DNA from: Camelus ferus
Taxonomy: Eukaryota
Assembly (NCBI RefSeq): GCF_009834535.1
Contig: NC_045698.1
Location: 13,394,001 to 13,458,000, forward strand
Length of the DNA stretch: 64,000 bases
Direction of reading: 5' to 3'
The notes beneath the pieces were generated by a model that was given only the letters and a program-made list of their open reading frames with translations, was not told the DNA's origin and ran no database searches. The position numbers and the translations under genes were made by a program. Positions 50,336 to 63,950 of this stretch are shown here, piece by piece. Each line of letters begins with the position of its first letter. Within the stretch, counting starts at the first letter, position 1.

Positions 50336-50689
50336 CTGAAGAACACAAAACAGGGACATTACATAGATGCAATGCCACGCTGCACTTTGTAAACTTAAGG
50401 AATGCATCCGTATCTGTATACTTTATGAAAGGAGAATCTAGAATTGTGTATTCACCTCTGTGAATTCGACCATGAGACAATGAGCTTGTCGCCCTGCATT
50501 TCTGTAACAGTTTCTGGTGCTCAACTCACAATAGCCTATATTGAAAGATACAGTCAGGTACAATGCCACTGTGTGATCTTAGGTAGAGAATATTCTGAGA
50601 AAAGTAACATGCTTTAAAAATTTTTATTTTTAGTTGATTCTTGAGATTGAGTTTGTGATTTGGTTACATGGAATTTTGATATATCATTA

Positions 50690-51400
50690 AATATATTTGA
50701 TAAAACATATTCAATGCATATAAAAAAAGTAAATGTTTAATATTAAAATTTAAATAATCTCCGAACAATCACTTGGGAAAAGGAAAACAATCAATAGTAA
50801 TAGAATTTTATGAGCACATAGTTCCTATAATAAAAATGCAAATGGAAATGAACATATGAAATTATTTCAAATATTATTATGAAATTAATAAAAAGTCAGC
50901 TATAATAAAAGCTATTATTTTTTTCACCCATTGCTTTATCAAAAGATAAATAATACATGATTCTGACAAAGTTATGACAAGTGAATATTTACTTATTTAT
51001 GGTAAAAATATACATTAGAAGAACATCATTGTAAAGTAATTGAGCAGTGGTTATGGTGTCTTACAATGTGGTCATACTTGACCAAGGTTTTTGTTTTTAG
51101 AAATGCATTCTTTGGAAATAATTGAATGTTTGCAGAAATATAATGTAACATGGTTAATTACTTATTGATTGAAAACTAGAATGACTGACATGACTATCAA
51201 GGGAAGAGTGAACTTCATAAAATGGAAAAATACTTAGCCATTAAAAAATTAAGTATACTTGTATATACTGTTCTATAAATATCATGAAGATGTATTTCAA
51301 ATAAAAAATACAAAATTATACGAATGGTATAATGTTATCTATATGTTCAATTATTTATGTGTATATGAATAAATTGAATGCATTCAAAAGATGTGAAAAA
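50690..51400 (+). mobile_element. Highly degraded L1ME 3' region
   Basis: aaatgcaaatggaaatgaacatatgaaa..., ttttttcacccatt..caaaagataaa, aatacttagccattaaaaa. Confidence 0.5.
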
Positions 51401-51964
51401 ATGGTTTTGGTTTTCAATAGATTCAGAATAGAGTTTATTCACTGAAATGTGGTCCCCTAGTACTTGTTAAAATTAACAAATAAATGAAGTAGAATTTAAG
51501 ATTTAAAAACTAGCAAGGTGAATGTCACATATTTTAAACTTCACAAGATGAAAATTAAGATCAGAAATGGAATTAAGGAAAGCCTAATTTTGTCCTTCCT
51601 CCACCCTCCACTCAAAATAAGATACTGGAGTGATGTGTTCATCTTGAAAATCGTCACAAATGACACCAAACTGTTGAGAAGCTACCGCAGAGGGCATTTT
51701 TCTTTTCCATCTGTGACTAGCAGAGAGTGAAAATGACTGTGGATGAGTTTTGTACTGACTGACAGTCCCATAAGGGGTTGAAATTTTCTGATAAAAGCAT
51801 GAACTCCAGGAATTTTAGATGAATTATGGAACTACATCAATTAACTTATTGAAAGATTATTTAATGAATATACATTATATATACATTATTAATACATTGA
51901 ATTTTTAAGATAGCCCATTCACGGAATTAGGTTTCTTTGTTTCATGTGGTGAATCCTTCAAAGA

Positions 51965-52100
51965 TTTTGCTATTCAAAGTTTGATTTTTCTGATCAAGAA
52001 CACTGGCATCACCTAAGAGCTTATAACAGATGTTGAATCATGGGCACCCTTTCACATTTTAGCAAGATCCCCATGTAGTTCCTGTGGCACTGATATTATT
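51965..52100 (+). mobile_element. MER5A-like hAT-Charlie MITE, partial
   Basis: gctattcaaagttt...actggcatcacctaagagcttataacagatgttgaatc...cattttagcaagatcccca. Confidence 0.6.
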
Positions 52101-52379
52101 TTAAATGACTTTCAATATTATATGCTATCTTAGGCACCAGTTCTGTTAAGAACGCCTACAGAAAGCTGAGCTGCCCCCTTTCATTCACACACTCATCTAA
52201 ACAATACAAGTCAACAAGCATTATTTTCAGGAGTGGGGAGGGGAAATAGGATTTAAGTGAAGGAAAAGGGAGAAAGAAGAATTATGTCAACTTCTATAAA
52301 AATATCATATTTGCAAGATGAAAAGAAAGGTTTGACAGCAATGTAAACATTAAGATTATCATGAATTAAAGAATAAATT

Positions 52380-53200
52380 TTGCAAAAAAAGGTGACTGCC
52401 TTAGCCAAGATGAAATTACCAAATGAATAGAAGAAAATGATCCACAAGTGACTTGTAAGTATTTAATACAAACAGTAATTTATGAAACAAAAGTGTAGAA
52501 ACTTGGTGGCAGTACAGCACAGTAGGATGAACATGGGAACTAGAGAGCCGTGGAAACAAATTGAAAAATGAAATTACAACAATGCAGAAATAATAAATGT
52601 ATTCTGCATAGCACACAACAGAGCAGATGTGGTTGAAAATGGAATTACTGACATAGTAGAGAAAAGACTTATTAAAATTATCTGAATGCAGAGGAAAAAA
52701 GTCCAAGGTCAAAGCAATTAGAAAAATCACAATAGGTGTACCAACATCAGAATTACTTTTATCTGCAATGTAGAAAATCCAGTAGAATCTAAAAAAAAAA
52801 AATTCATCTAAAATGGATGGAAATTTTCCCAGAAATGAAGTTTTAAATGTATCTACAGAACAACAGAATACACAGTGCTCCAGACAACAGTTGCAGAAGA
52901 ATTTTTTTTCCCCAGAAATAGCTTGGTAATGTCATCAAAACTGAAGAACTAAATAATTTCACAGATGCAAGGAAGAAATGAAGGTTATGATTTAGTGTAG
53001 CCTTAGACTTACCCATGGAAGTGCTCAATGGCAGGAAATAATAGCACGATAGCTATGGAATTCTAAAGGAAATAAAAGGAAGTGGTACTGAAGACCCATA
53101 TATCCAGGTAAGTCGTCATTTCAAGCATGAAAATACTAGGCAGTCACTTGTATATCAAAACAAGAAATAAAAGGAAATAAACCATCAGTAGATCTTTCCG
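52380..53200 (+). mobile_element. Degraded HAL1/L1ME ORF1-like region
   Basis: A-rich; ggttgaaaatggaattactgac, gaaattttcccagaaatgaag, ccttagacttaccc..gtgctcaatggcaggaaataatagc, tatatccaggtaagtcgtcatttcaag. Confidence 0.55.
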
Positions 53201-54162
53201 AGAAAAGAGAAAAAAAAAGCAGGGAGACAAACACAACATGTTTTTGACTATTAAGCCAGTCAAGTAACAGATGAAGAAAGGAATTATGAAAATGTAAACC
53301 AAATATAGACTTAACATCCATGGCAATAAAACTTTAAATAAAAGTGCACATTTTCTGTACATCAGTAATGAAGGCTTGGGGTATGAAAAAATGTCCATAT
53401 TTCAAATTGAAATAATTAAAACCTCCAACCTCTCAATATTTTTCACATCTTTTCCTAAAATTTTGAGATACCTTAAGGAATACAGATCCCTTAAAAAGAA
53501 CAAATATACAAATATTTATACAAATACAATTCTAAACATTTAATTTGCTTTCTTTTTCTTTTTAGATTCAACTAAAACAAACACAATTTCTATTAAAAGA
53601 ATAATTTATAGTATGACCCCAGTTTTAAATAAAACATCTTCCTTTCTTCTTTTTCTTTTTTTCTTTCCTTTTTTTTTTTTTGATTTCTTGCTTTTACTCT
53701 ATTTTTTTTCATTCTATTTCTTTCTGTTTTCTAAAAGTATAGTAAATCATCCAGAATGCTCTTTACTTAACAGTTAAAATGTAATTTCAGACTCTCTATT
53801 GTGTATTTAAAGTTGTTCTTGGCATGTTTTCTATGTTGCTTATTTTTTAAAACAAAGCAGTCATTATTAAGACAAAACAGATCTAAAAGAATCCACATCA
53901 AAATTAAAATATCACTTTTCAGTTGAGGAACTTGGACAAAATGTAGGCATAAAGCATGAAGAAAGAATTTTAAATTAGTACTTCATAATATTTCTACTAC
54001 TTCAACACAATGATTGCTAGCATAAAGTATTCATTACTAACAAGCTGTAATTTGTTATTAATGATATGAAGGTGTTTTTTAATCTTTGCATTTCATGAAA
54101 TTGTCTATTCCCCTACAGAGACTGTCAGGAACACCAGATGATTATACAAAGCTCGATATTTG

Positions 54163-54202
54163 TTTATGTTTTTGTTTTTGTTTTGTTTTTTGTTTTGTTT
54201 TT
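54163..54202. repeat. (TTTTTG)n simple repeat
   Basis: gtttttgtttttgttttgttttttgttttgttttt. Confidence 0.85.
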
Positions 54203-56329
54203 AAATAGTAAGCCAAGGAGGACACCATCTAATGGAGTTATCTGTCTTAGTTGGAGAAAGTTAGGGAAGAGTCGGCAAAGAAAATGAATTGATCGTATTT
54301 CCATAGATTTGTAAATCAGGCAAGTTGCTAGGACTGTCAGAAGTCCTTGACATATTTGAATTAGAACCAAATTGCAGTCGATTTATATTAAAACGGGTGT
54401 TTGTGTGTGGTCTTACTTGGGCTCTGAACAGGATGTTTACACCAGAATACAGTTTACAGTGAAATAATTTATATCATTCTCCATCAACAGAAAGAGCTGA
54501 TTTGTTGAGAATCATGGTGGTTTGTTTTGCAAATTATGGTTTCTGTACACTTCTCAGTCTAGCATGTATTTAATCTTTTATCTCATATCCTAGATTATCT
54601 CTGTTGAATATCTTAATTATGAAAGAGAGAGCAGGTAACAACTGTCTTATCTTCTGGCCCTTTTAAATTACTGTGTTTTTCTTAAGCCAAAATTACTTGT
54701 AAGATATCTCTTTGTTGAGCAAGATATTGCAGAAAAGAAAATAGTAAAGTAAAATATATTCTCTGAAATATTCTCAAATTATAGTCAGATAATTATATTT
54801 CATTGAATTGGAATGAACTTTTGCTGAGTAGTGGAGAAAACATACCACTTTGTTTTTGTCTTTAAAGAACTCGATGTAACAGATATACTGGTTTCCCCCT
54901 CCTTGTGCTTTGAATACATTTTTTTCTAACTTCACTATTTTATATAATCCTAAACAAATAGTTGCTTCAAGAGAAATACACATTCATATTATCTTTTTAT
55001 TAACCTAGAGGCTCAAACTAATGCTAAAAGGAAGCAGGCAATTTAAGTCTTCAGCTGTCCTTGGACACTTTTCTCGTGGTGTTATAGGAAAATACAATCA
55101 TATGAAATGTATATATTATTTAAATAAGAAGGAAGTGACTTTTGTCATATTTAACTTTTGTCTAAAAATAAAATTCTATTATGTATGTTTTACTTGGATT
55201 TCAGGTTAGTTTCTTTATTAAAGGGGTTAATTGTAATTATTGAAGACTGATTTTTTAAAATTTTACAAAACCAAATAAATGCAACTATTATTTGGTAATG
55301 TATCTAATCCTTTGTAAAGAAAAATGATTCTTTCTTATAAAAGTTAGATAAATATTGTTTTGAGTATGTTATTTATCTTGACTCAGTTGAGCTCTTGTAA
55401 GAAGAATCTATAGCTTAGTAAATAGATACATTTTTATTCAACCATGAAGCAAACTATTTATTTTAGTTTAGATATCTGTTTCACAGCCCTCTTGCTACCA
55501 ACGAAACATTCTTATGCAAGCATGCACATTTAAATAAAGGCAATTTGGAGGTGATGCAAATCATTGTGCAGAATGGATGCCACTTTGTTACACACGAGGT
55601 ATACCCATGGCTAGTTTGTATATCTAGAATTGTGCCAGTCCCCAAGGTGCTTTACAAGACAAGTGGCTTACAAGATGAAGAAGATAGTCACTAACTTATG
55701 ATCTCACAATCATCCACATTTATCCCTCCATTTTCTCACACTTCTTTTCCCTTCTTTTTTCATCTTATCCTTTTTATTTTCTCCTTATTCCCTTCCTTAT
55801 CTGTCAGTCTTTCTTACTGCATCAAATATAAATTGACTTACCATTGAAGTAGTAACAAAAGAAAATGGATATTTTCCTTATTAAGTGCAAAGCAACAAAA
55901 TGGCTTATTTGAAGTCAGGTAAAGCTGAGAAATTATTTTTCTCTTCTAACTGGTATCATCTGTCCTTATTTTTCTGCAGGTGTGATCCTTTAATTCTTAC
56001 AACACACACTCTTAACTGAGCACAGGAGAGACAGTTAATTCCATGATATTTGAATACGTCTAGTGGGAAATTAGGAGATCTGAAGCTGTTATTTGCAAAG
56101 TTTCAATAGCAGACTCAGATTAGCTCCAAGAATTCACAGTAAAACCTTAGCAATGCTTTTAGCTGATTCTGTAAGAATTGTATATGTATACGTTTTTTTC
56201 CCTCACCCAATGTATCAGCTCTCTGTGGAAATCTTACATGTCATGTTCATATTTCCCAAATGACTAGTACAGAACCTGAAATATAACAAAAATATGTTTG
56301 TGTGTGTATATATACATAATGTATATAAT

Positions 56330-56782
56330 ATATAATAAAGAATAAAATAATACCATTTGCAGCAACATGGACCTAGAGATTGTCATACTAAGTGAAATAA
56401 GTCAGATGGAGAAAGACAAATATCATATGATATCACTTATATGTGGAATCAAAAAAAAAATGATACAAATGAACTTATTATAAAACAGAAACAAACTCAC
56501 AGACATAGAAAATAAACTTATGGTTACCAAAGGGGAAGGTGGAGGGGAGGGATAAATTAGGAGTTTGGGATTAACAGATACAAACTACTATATATAAAAT
56601 AGATGAAAACAAGATCCTACTGAATAGCACACAGGGAATTATATTCAATATCTTATAATAACCTATAACGAAAAAATATGAAGAAAGAATATATATATAT
56701 GTATAACTGAATCACTGTGCAGAAACTAACACAACATTGTAAATCAACAATACTTAACTTTAAAAAAAAGAAATTAAAAAAG
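56330..56782 (+). mobile_element. 5'-truncated L1 3' end (cetartiodactyl type)
   Basis: ataccatttgcagcaacatggacctagagattgtcatactaagtgaa...gggataaattaggagtttgggattaacagatac...aactaacacaacattgtaaatcaac plus A-rich tail. Confidence 0.95.
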
Positions 56783-59700
56783 ACAACCTTAAAATACTTA
56801 AGGAAAGTACTTAGAATATTCCTGAATTTGAGCATTTAAGACACATAGCTTGTTTCAAATTGACTCTGTGTTTTCTCAAGATGTTTTTACTATATTTATA
56901 TTATTATCATCTTTTCAGCTAGCATCTTCAAGATGTTTAGACATCATTCAAAAGTTAAATATATTCAGGAACCAAAGCATTACCCTCTCAGGTACATCTT
57001 TAAATGTAACATCTCATTATCACTGATTCAATACACTTAAGTATATTTTACGGGACCAAAGAGGGGAAGTTTATCACTTAAACTCTCACTCTGGTAAAGC
57101 CTGAGTGACAGGATTATGTGGCATTGAAAATATTTTATTCATTCCTTTATTCATTTGCTCATTCACTTAATTTTTTTATTCATTTAAATGTGGACAGTGG
57201 AGTCTTTATCATATACTAGCATACTTTTGCTAGTCGAATGACAGCAAACGGGCAGGCATTCTTTTTGTTTTGTAAAGTAGAAATTTGGACCTTTTCAGAA
57301 CTGTTTTTATTTTTTAGATAACATTATTTAGAAATCAGTTTTGTATTTGACACTGTCCTTTGCAGTAGCATAGGGAAATAGAGAGACATGGAAAGACACA
57401 TCTAACATCCAGAGGACTCCCTTCTATAAGCTTCTCTCTGTGCTAAAACCAGCCTCCCTTGGGAAGATTCTGGCTTTGTATTAAGCTTAAGTCATTAACC
57501 CAGATTGCTTCCTTACAGATTCACCTTGATTGGCATAACATTATCCTCTCTAACAAGTCTTTAATTTCTAGAGAAGAAGGAGCCAGTTTTCTGAGAGTTC
57601 TGAGCATATTTATAGCTTATATTCCAAGCTATGGGGTTGGCATTGCCTGGGTCTTTGGGGGTGGCATTATCAACATGTTCACTAAATTTCTTCCTGTTTC
57701 TCATCCTACCTCTGCATAGCTAGAGGTGCCTCAAAATAATCTTTTAGACATAAAAGCAGTTTGCTGCATATGCTTTAAAGTTTTCAGGTTTGTGTATATA
57801 AAGGCTGGCATGTTAAATCACCCCCCATAGGTATTTGAGACATACCTATGATCTCAAACGCGGTTGTCAACTTGTGAAACACGCTACTAAAGACCCACGC
57901 ACTGAAATGAAAAAGGCCTTTGCAAAGAAACAAAATACTACATTGTAAATTAAGATATCTCTTATAAGCATAATTATATATTACATATTTTACATTTATT
58001 ATTAATATGTATTATAATGACTCTCTATAGTTGATCGTATTAACATTTCCCTCTTTTACTCAAAACTCATCATGTCAGTTTTACCAAATGCAATAGAAAA
58101 TAAACATAAATTAAGAAAAGTAAAAAAAAAAATCCTTAGAAAGTTTATGTGATTTGATCAACATGCCTCCTCTAAGAGGAGAATACAAGTTTTCTGAGAT
58201 TTAGGTTTGATTTGAAAGAAGTCTCATTAAAAATATGCAAGGAAACATAGTAAGGTTTACATGTATAATTGCCACCAATTGGCCTTTTAATCAGTATCTT
58301 TGATGATGTCATGCCACTGAATATTAACTAGAATCACAAGAGAAGTTTGATGCTGAAGAAATCCTTCTCATAACCATGCTGTACCCCAAATCATCAGGAC
58401 AAATAATTGTCACCAACTGTAGGCTGATGATCAGAATTGTAGTAATGAAAGCATGAGATAGTTAACACATTTATATATTCCAGATGAAATATGGCAATAT
58501 TTATAAAGTTAATATATGTTCAATATGTTCTACTTTATAAGAAATTTTCTAATGTGTACGTAATAAAATAGATATTAATTAAGTAGTCATGGCACTATAA
58601 TTTGGGGTTCAATGAAAATATTCTGTCATCTCTTTTGGCTGATAGAGCAGCTTGAGAAAGTCACATTGTAGGTGAAGCAATGACAAATAAGGCCTTTTAT
58701 GAAATTTTGGTTAATTTAAAACTCTGTATTAAAAGACTACTCTGAATCAGGCATTTAGCTAGTTTTACAGTGATCAGGGCCCAATTCCTATATTCCAATA
58801 GTTTTGGAAACTTGGTAATCTGTAAACATGGAACACATAAGTACAGCATGAAAGTGATACTTTGTGTAGATGTCCATTGATTTGAAATGTAGGATTGTTT
58901 AGGCAGTCACATATTTCACATATCAAGTTAAAGCAGTTAGCAAAGATTCACTTTTTATTTCCATTTGTACATTTTAAATGATGAGCAAGTTTTTGGAAAC
59001 TATGCAAATTTATAAAAATAACATTCAAACTTGAGAAATGTCATGTATTTGTCTTACTGCAGTCTTATGTCTTTTTCACATAGCCTTTGAAAAAGTCTAA
59101 GATAGTAAGAAAGGATACCTTTGCCTTCATTTTATAAACAGACATTTGGCACACTCTAGTCTCTTTTCCTTCTGTTTGCTCTTGAAAAAGAACTTTAATG
59201 ATCTATCTTGATCTTACTAATTTCTCAGTCACTTGTAAGTTTGATCTTGCTTTTTCCCTCCTTCCCATTTTGTTGAAAATGTACTTTTTCAGGTAAGTTT
59301 CACAGATCTTTTTAATAAGTCCAAATAAAACTTTTAAATTCTCATAAATTTTACTTTCATTCTATAGTTAATACTTTGGGTCATTTAGTTATAAATTCTT
59401 CTTTCAAATATTTGTTAATTTAAATACAAATATGATCTTTTAATTCAGAGAAAAAGAGTGAACTTGTGAGACTTAAGACGTGATGAAGCAAACAGAAGGT
59501 GACTTTTCATAGAAGTGCTTATCTTTGAAGATTTCAATTGCCCTGAGGGCCAACATAAGTGCCATATGGTACATTACAGTATTTGCACACAGGAAAAATA
59601 TGTTAGGTTCTCTATCAATGTGCACTGAAAGAAGGATAAAAGGGAGGGAAAGATTTTAGGAAGAGCAGTAAAGGGAACTCTGAAAATATTCTCCTTTATA

Positions 59701-60554
59701 AAAGAAAAAAAAAAATCTGGCAAACACTATCACAGTCAAATTGGCAGAATTCAAAAATTAACTAAAGACTAGTAACAACTAGTCTTTGACAAAATTCAGC
59801 ATCCTCTTATTATTAAAAACTGTCAAAAATTAGGTACAGATGAAAAATTCCTGAGCATAATAAAAGCCATGCTTGACAAGCCTACAGCTAGCACTGTCCT
59901 TAGGTGAAAGGTGAAAGCTTTTCTTCTAATATCAGAACTAGACAAGGGTGTTCATTCTTGCCATTTCTATTTAATGTAGCATTGAAAGTCCTAGCTAGTG
60001 CAGTTAGAAAAAGAAGTAAAAAACATCCAAACTAGAGAGGAAGAAGTATAATTATCTCTACTTAAAGATGACGTAATATTGTATGTAGAAAACTCTAAAG
60101 ACTCTACCAAAAAATTGTTAGAACTGATCAATGAATTCAGTGAAGTTACGAGATTAAAAAACCAATATACAAAATCAGTCTTGTTTCTATACACCAGCAA
60201 CAAACTTTCCAGGAAAAAACAAAAAAACTGTATATTGAAAACTAAAAAAATGATGGAAAAAATTGAAGAAAATTCAAATAAATGGAAAGATATCTCATGC
60301 CCATGGGTTGGAAGGATTAAAACTGTTGAAATAGTTATACTGTTCAAAATGGTTCATAGATTCAATGCAATCTGTATCAAAATTCTAATGGAAATCTTCA
60401 CAGAAATAGAAAAAAAGAATCTTAACATTTTTATGGAATCACAGAAGGCCTCAAGTAGTCAAAGTCATCTTGATAAAGAAGAACAGAGCTGGAGATAGCA
60501 TGCTTCTTGATTGCAGACCATATTACAAAGCTATAATAGCTTAAAAAGTATGGT

Positions 60555-60804
60555 TGTTATATGCTGAATATTTGTGTCCCCCCCACCCCCCAAAAATACA
60601 TTTGTTGAAATCTTAATGTCCTATTCCCTTCCTCCAAAAAGGTTATAAGGAGAAGTCTGTGACCTGAAAAAGAGCCTTCACCCAGCCAAGATGGCACTGT
60701 GATCCTGACATCCAGTCTCCAGAAGTGTGAAAAATAAAATTCTGTTCTTTGTAAGCCACTCAATCGGTGGTGTTTTGTCACAGCAGCCCAAACAGACAGA
60801 GGCA
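60555..60804 (+). mobile_element. Internally deleted MLT1A-like LTR inserted in the L1MA
   Basis: tgttatatgctgaatatttgtgtcccc...ccagtctccagaagtgtgaaaaataaaattctgttctttgtaagccac...cagcagcccaaacagacagaggca; degenerate 5-bp TSD atggt/actgt; L1 ORF2 resumes in register. Confidence 0.9.
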
Positions 60805-61320
60805 ACTGTACTAGCGTGAAAACAGGCACACAGACCAATGAAACGGAGCAGTGAGCCCAAAAATAAACCCATGTATGTGGTCAACTGATCTTTGATGAGA
60901 GCCTCAAGAATACACAAAGGGGAAAGAATAGTCTTTTTAATAAATGGCATTAGGAAAACTGGTTTTCCACATGTGAAATAATTCAGTTAGACTCTTATCT
61001 TATACCTTATACCATATACAAAAATTGAAAACAGATTAAATACTTAAATGTGAGTCCTGAAAACATAAAACTCTGAGAAGAAAACACAGGGAAACATGTT
61101 CTTTACATTGGTCTTAGCAATGATTTTTTGGATTGACTTCCAAAGCAGAGGCAACAAAAACTAAGACAGCTGGGGCTACATCAAACTAAAAACTTCTGCA
61201 CAGCAAAGAAAACAACAGAGGGAAAAGGCAATTTACAGAATGGGAGAAATGATTTGTACATATCTATCTGATAAAGAGTTAATACCCAAAATATAAAAGC
61301 AACTCATACCACTCAATAGT

Positions 61321-61370
61321 GATAGATAGATAGATAGGTAGATAGATAGTTAGATAGATAGATTGATAGA
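61321..61370. repeat. (GATA)n microsatellite
   Basis: gatagatagatagataggtagatagatagttagatagatagattgataga. Confidence 0.95.
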
Positions 61371-62469
61371 TTAAATAACCTGATTTTAAAAAAAAAGGGC
61401 ACAGGATCCAAGCAGACACTTTTTTTTTTTTTTCCAGAGGAAACATAAAAATGGCCAACAGGTACATGAAAAGGCACTCGACATCATTAATCATAAGGAA
61501 AATGTGTATCAAAACCACAATGAGATATCACCTTACATCTGCTAGGATGGCTGCTATCCAAAAAACAAGAGATAAAAAAATGTGGGCTTTGTTGTAGAGA
61601 AAAGGAAACACTTGTAATCTTGCTGGGAAAGCTATTGTACCGTCACTATTGAAAACAGTATAAAGCTTTCTCAGAAAATTAAAATTAAAAATAGAACTAC
61701 CACATAATCCAGCAATCTCAACTCAGGGTATAAAAAAAACCAGAATCTCAAAGAGATATTTGCATTCCTTTGTTTATTGCAGCATTATTCACAATGACCA
61801 AGATATGGAAATAACCTGTGTCCATTGATAAATAAATGGACAAAGAAAATATGGTATATGTATGCAATATAATATTCAGCCATGACAAAGAAGAAAATCC
61901 TGCCAGTTGCTGCAACATGGATAAGCCTAGAAAACACTGTGATGAGTGAAATAAGCCATACAGACAAAGAAGAACACTGTGATTTCACTTATTTGTAAAA
62001 TCTCTAAAAGACGAACTCCTAGAAGCAGAGAGTTGAGTGGTGTTTGCCAGGGGCTGGTGTTGAGGGGAAACGGGAATATGTTGGTCAAAAGGTACACATT
62101 TCAGTTATAAGATGATTAAGTTCTGGGGATCTAGTGTACAGTACTGTGATTATAGTTAATAATACTGTAATGTGTATGTGAAATTTGCTAGGAGAGTATA
62201 TCTTAAATGTTCTCATAAAACATAAAAAATGGGAACTATGTGAGGCGACAGATGTGTTAATTAACTTGACTGTAGTAATCATTTCACAGTATGTACGTAT
62301 ATTACTTTACCACGTTGTACACTAAAAATCTATATGAGTCTTGTATCCACAGGGCATTTGTCAAAGCGAAAACAAAAGACAGTAACAATTGTCTAGCACT
62401 GCAACTGCCTATAGTGGCATTACAAGATGGGAATTGTAAGATACTGATAAGAAAATATAAAAGGCAAAA

Positions 62470-63674
62470 CTGAAGAATCAGAACAAAATGGAGGGCTTTA
62501 AAAAGTTCTAATATAGTCCTAGAAACTCATGCACATTTGCATTGCTTTGCAAATGCTCAAGAAACACTGTATTATTTCATTTCTAGCTGAATTTGAGTCT
62601 TTGTACAAGAAGAAAGTGAAGGATGGAATAAGTTGTAAAATGCTTGTTGGAGTGTTGTAAGTGTGCCCCAACTCACACACACACACAGTTCCTCAGCAAA
62701 GACTGAGGCATTTATTGGCTACTGACATTGAAGAGAACTTGTCCAATCATTAGGTCTCTATTAAGCTAACTCAAGCAAAGACTTCAATAATTGTATAAAT
62801 AAATAATATGGATTTTTATAGAATTAGTCCAGAAAAACCATTAAACAAGTAACCAGAAACAACAATAACAAACCGCAGCAACAACAAAGCCTGGGGGGAT
62901 GGGTTGATCCCAGAGTTACTGTATTATGGTATTTCAGATGCCTAGTTTTCAACAAAAAATTTATGACACACAAAGTATTTTAAGTGTGGTTTACACACAA
63001 GAATAAACAGTCAAGAAGAATTATCCTTGAGGAAAATTTGACGTTGGAATTATGAGACAAAGACTTTTAAAATCACTATCCATACGTATGCTCAGAAAGT
63101 ACAAGAAATCGTATCCAAAAAACCTAAAGAAAAGTATAAGCACTTTGTTTCACCAGATTAAAAAATATGAATATAGCCATGTAAATTATTTTAAAATGGC
63201 TACATAAAAATCCTGAATTTGAAACTAAAATAATTGGAATTAAAAATTCCTAAGGGCCCCCATAGCAGATTTTTGAACCAGCAGCAGAAGGAATCCTCAA
63301 ACAAGAAGATAGATCAACTGAGATTATCCAGTCAGAGAAACAGAAATAAAAATAAGGAAAAAAGATGAAACATTCAGTGACTTGTAGGACATCATGAAGC
63401 TTATCAACACATGCAAAATAAGATTCATAGAGGAAGAGGAGAAAAAAGGAACAGAAAAAATATTCGAGAAAGTACAGCTGGAATTTCTCAATTTTCATGA
63501 AGAGTTTTCATCTGTATCTGGGAAGCTTATTGAACTGAAGAGAGGATACATTCAAAGAGATATAGACATTGAGCTCTACTGTACAACGTAGTATCTATAG
63601 TTAAAAATATTGCATTGCATTCTTAAACAATTTTCTAAGAGGGTAGATCTTATATTAAACATTCTCATCATAAA

Positions 63675-63708
<34 letters not shown>

Positions 63709-63950
63709 GACCAGAGGAAACTTTTGGAAACGGTGGGTACGTTTATGGTATAGATGTGATGGTTTCATAAATGTATACTTATCTACGAACTGATCAAATT
63801 GTAAACCTTAAGTATGTACAGCTTTTTGTATGTCAATCATATTGCAATGAATTTGTTTAAAAAGGAGGTACAAACTTAAAACACATCATAGACAAACTGT
63901 CAAAACTCAAAGATAAAATATCTTGACAGTATTAAGAGAATAATGACTTT
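62470..63950 (+). mobile_element. Ancient L1MC/MD 5'UTR-ORF1 region (interrupted)
   Basis: gaagatagatcaactgagattatccagtcagagaaacagaaa...cagtgacttgtaggacatcatgaagc...gaaaaaggaacagaaaaaatattcgagaaa; resumes acacatcatagacaaactgtcaaaa. Confidence 0.8.
63570..63862 (+). mobile_element. L1MA10/L1MB-like 3' end nested in older L1 ORF1; contains (TAA)n at ~63682-63708
   Basis: ctaagagggtagatcttatattaa...gaggaaacttttgga..tatgtacagctttttgtatgtcaatcata. Confidence 0.8.

Larger units (their letters stand above)
59780..62330 (+). mobile_element. L1MA-type ORF2 (RT to C-terminus) and 3'UTR, frameshifted
   Basis: ORF 60079-60498 MYVENSKDSTKKLLELINEFSEV...KWKDISCPWVGRIKTV...RFNAICIKI is L1 ORF2; 3'UTR gttataagatgattaagttctggggatctagtgtacag. 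Confidence 0.95.

Noticed and set aside
60079..60498. 139-aa ORF with reverse-transcriptase-associated motifs
   Set aside because: Residual frame of a frameshifted, LTR-interrupted L1MA ORF2; not a functional gene.
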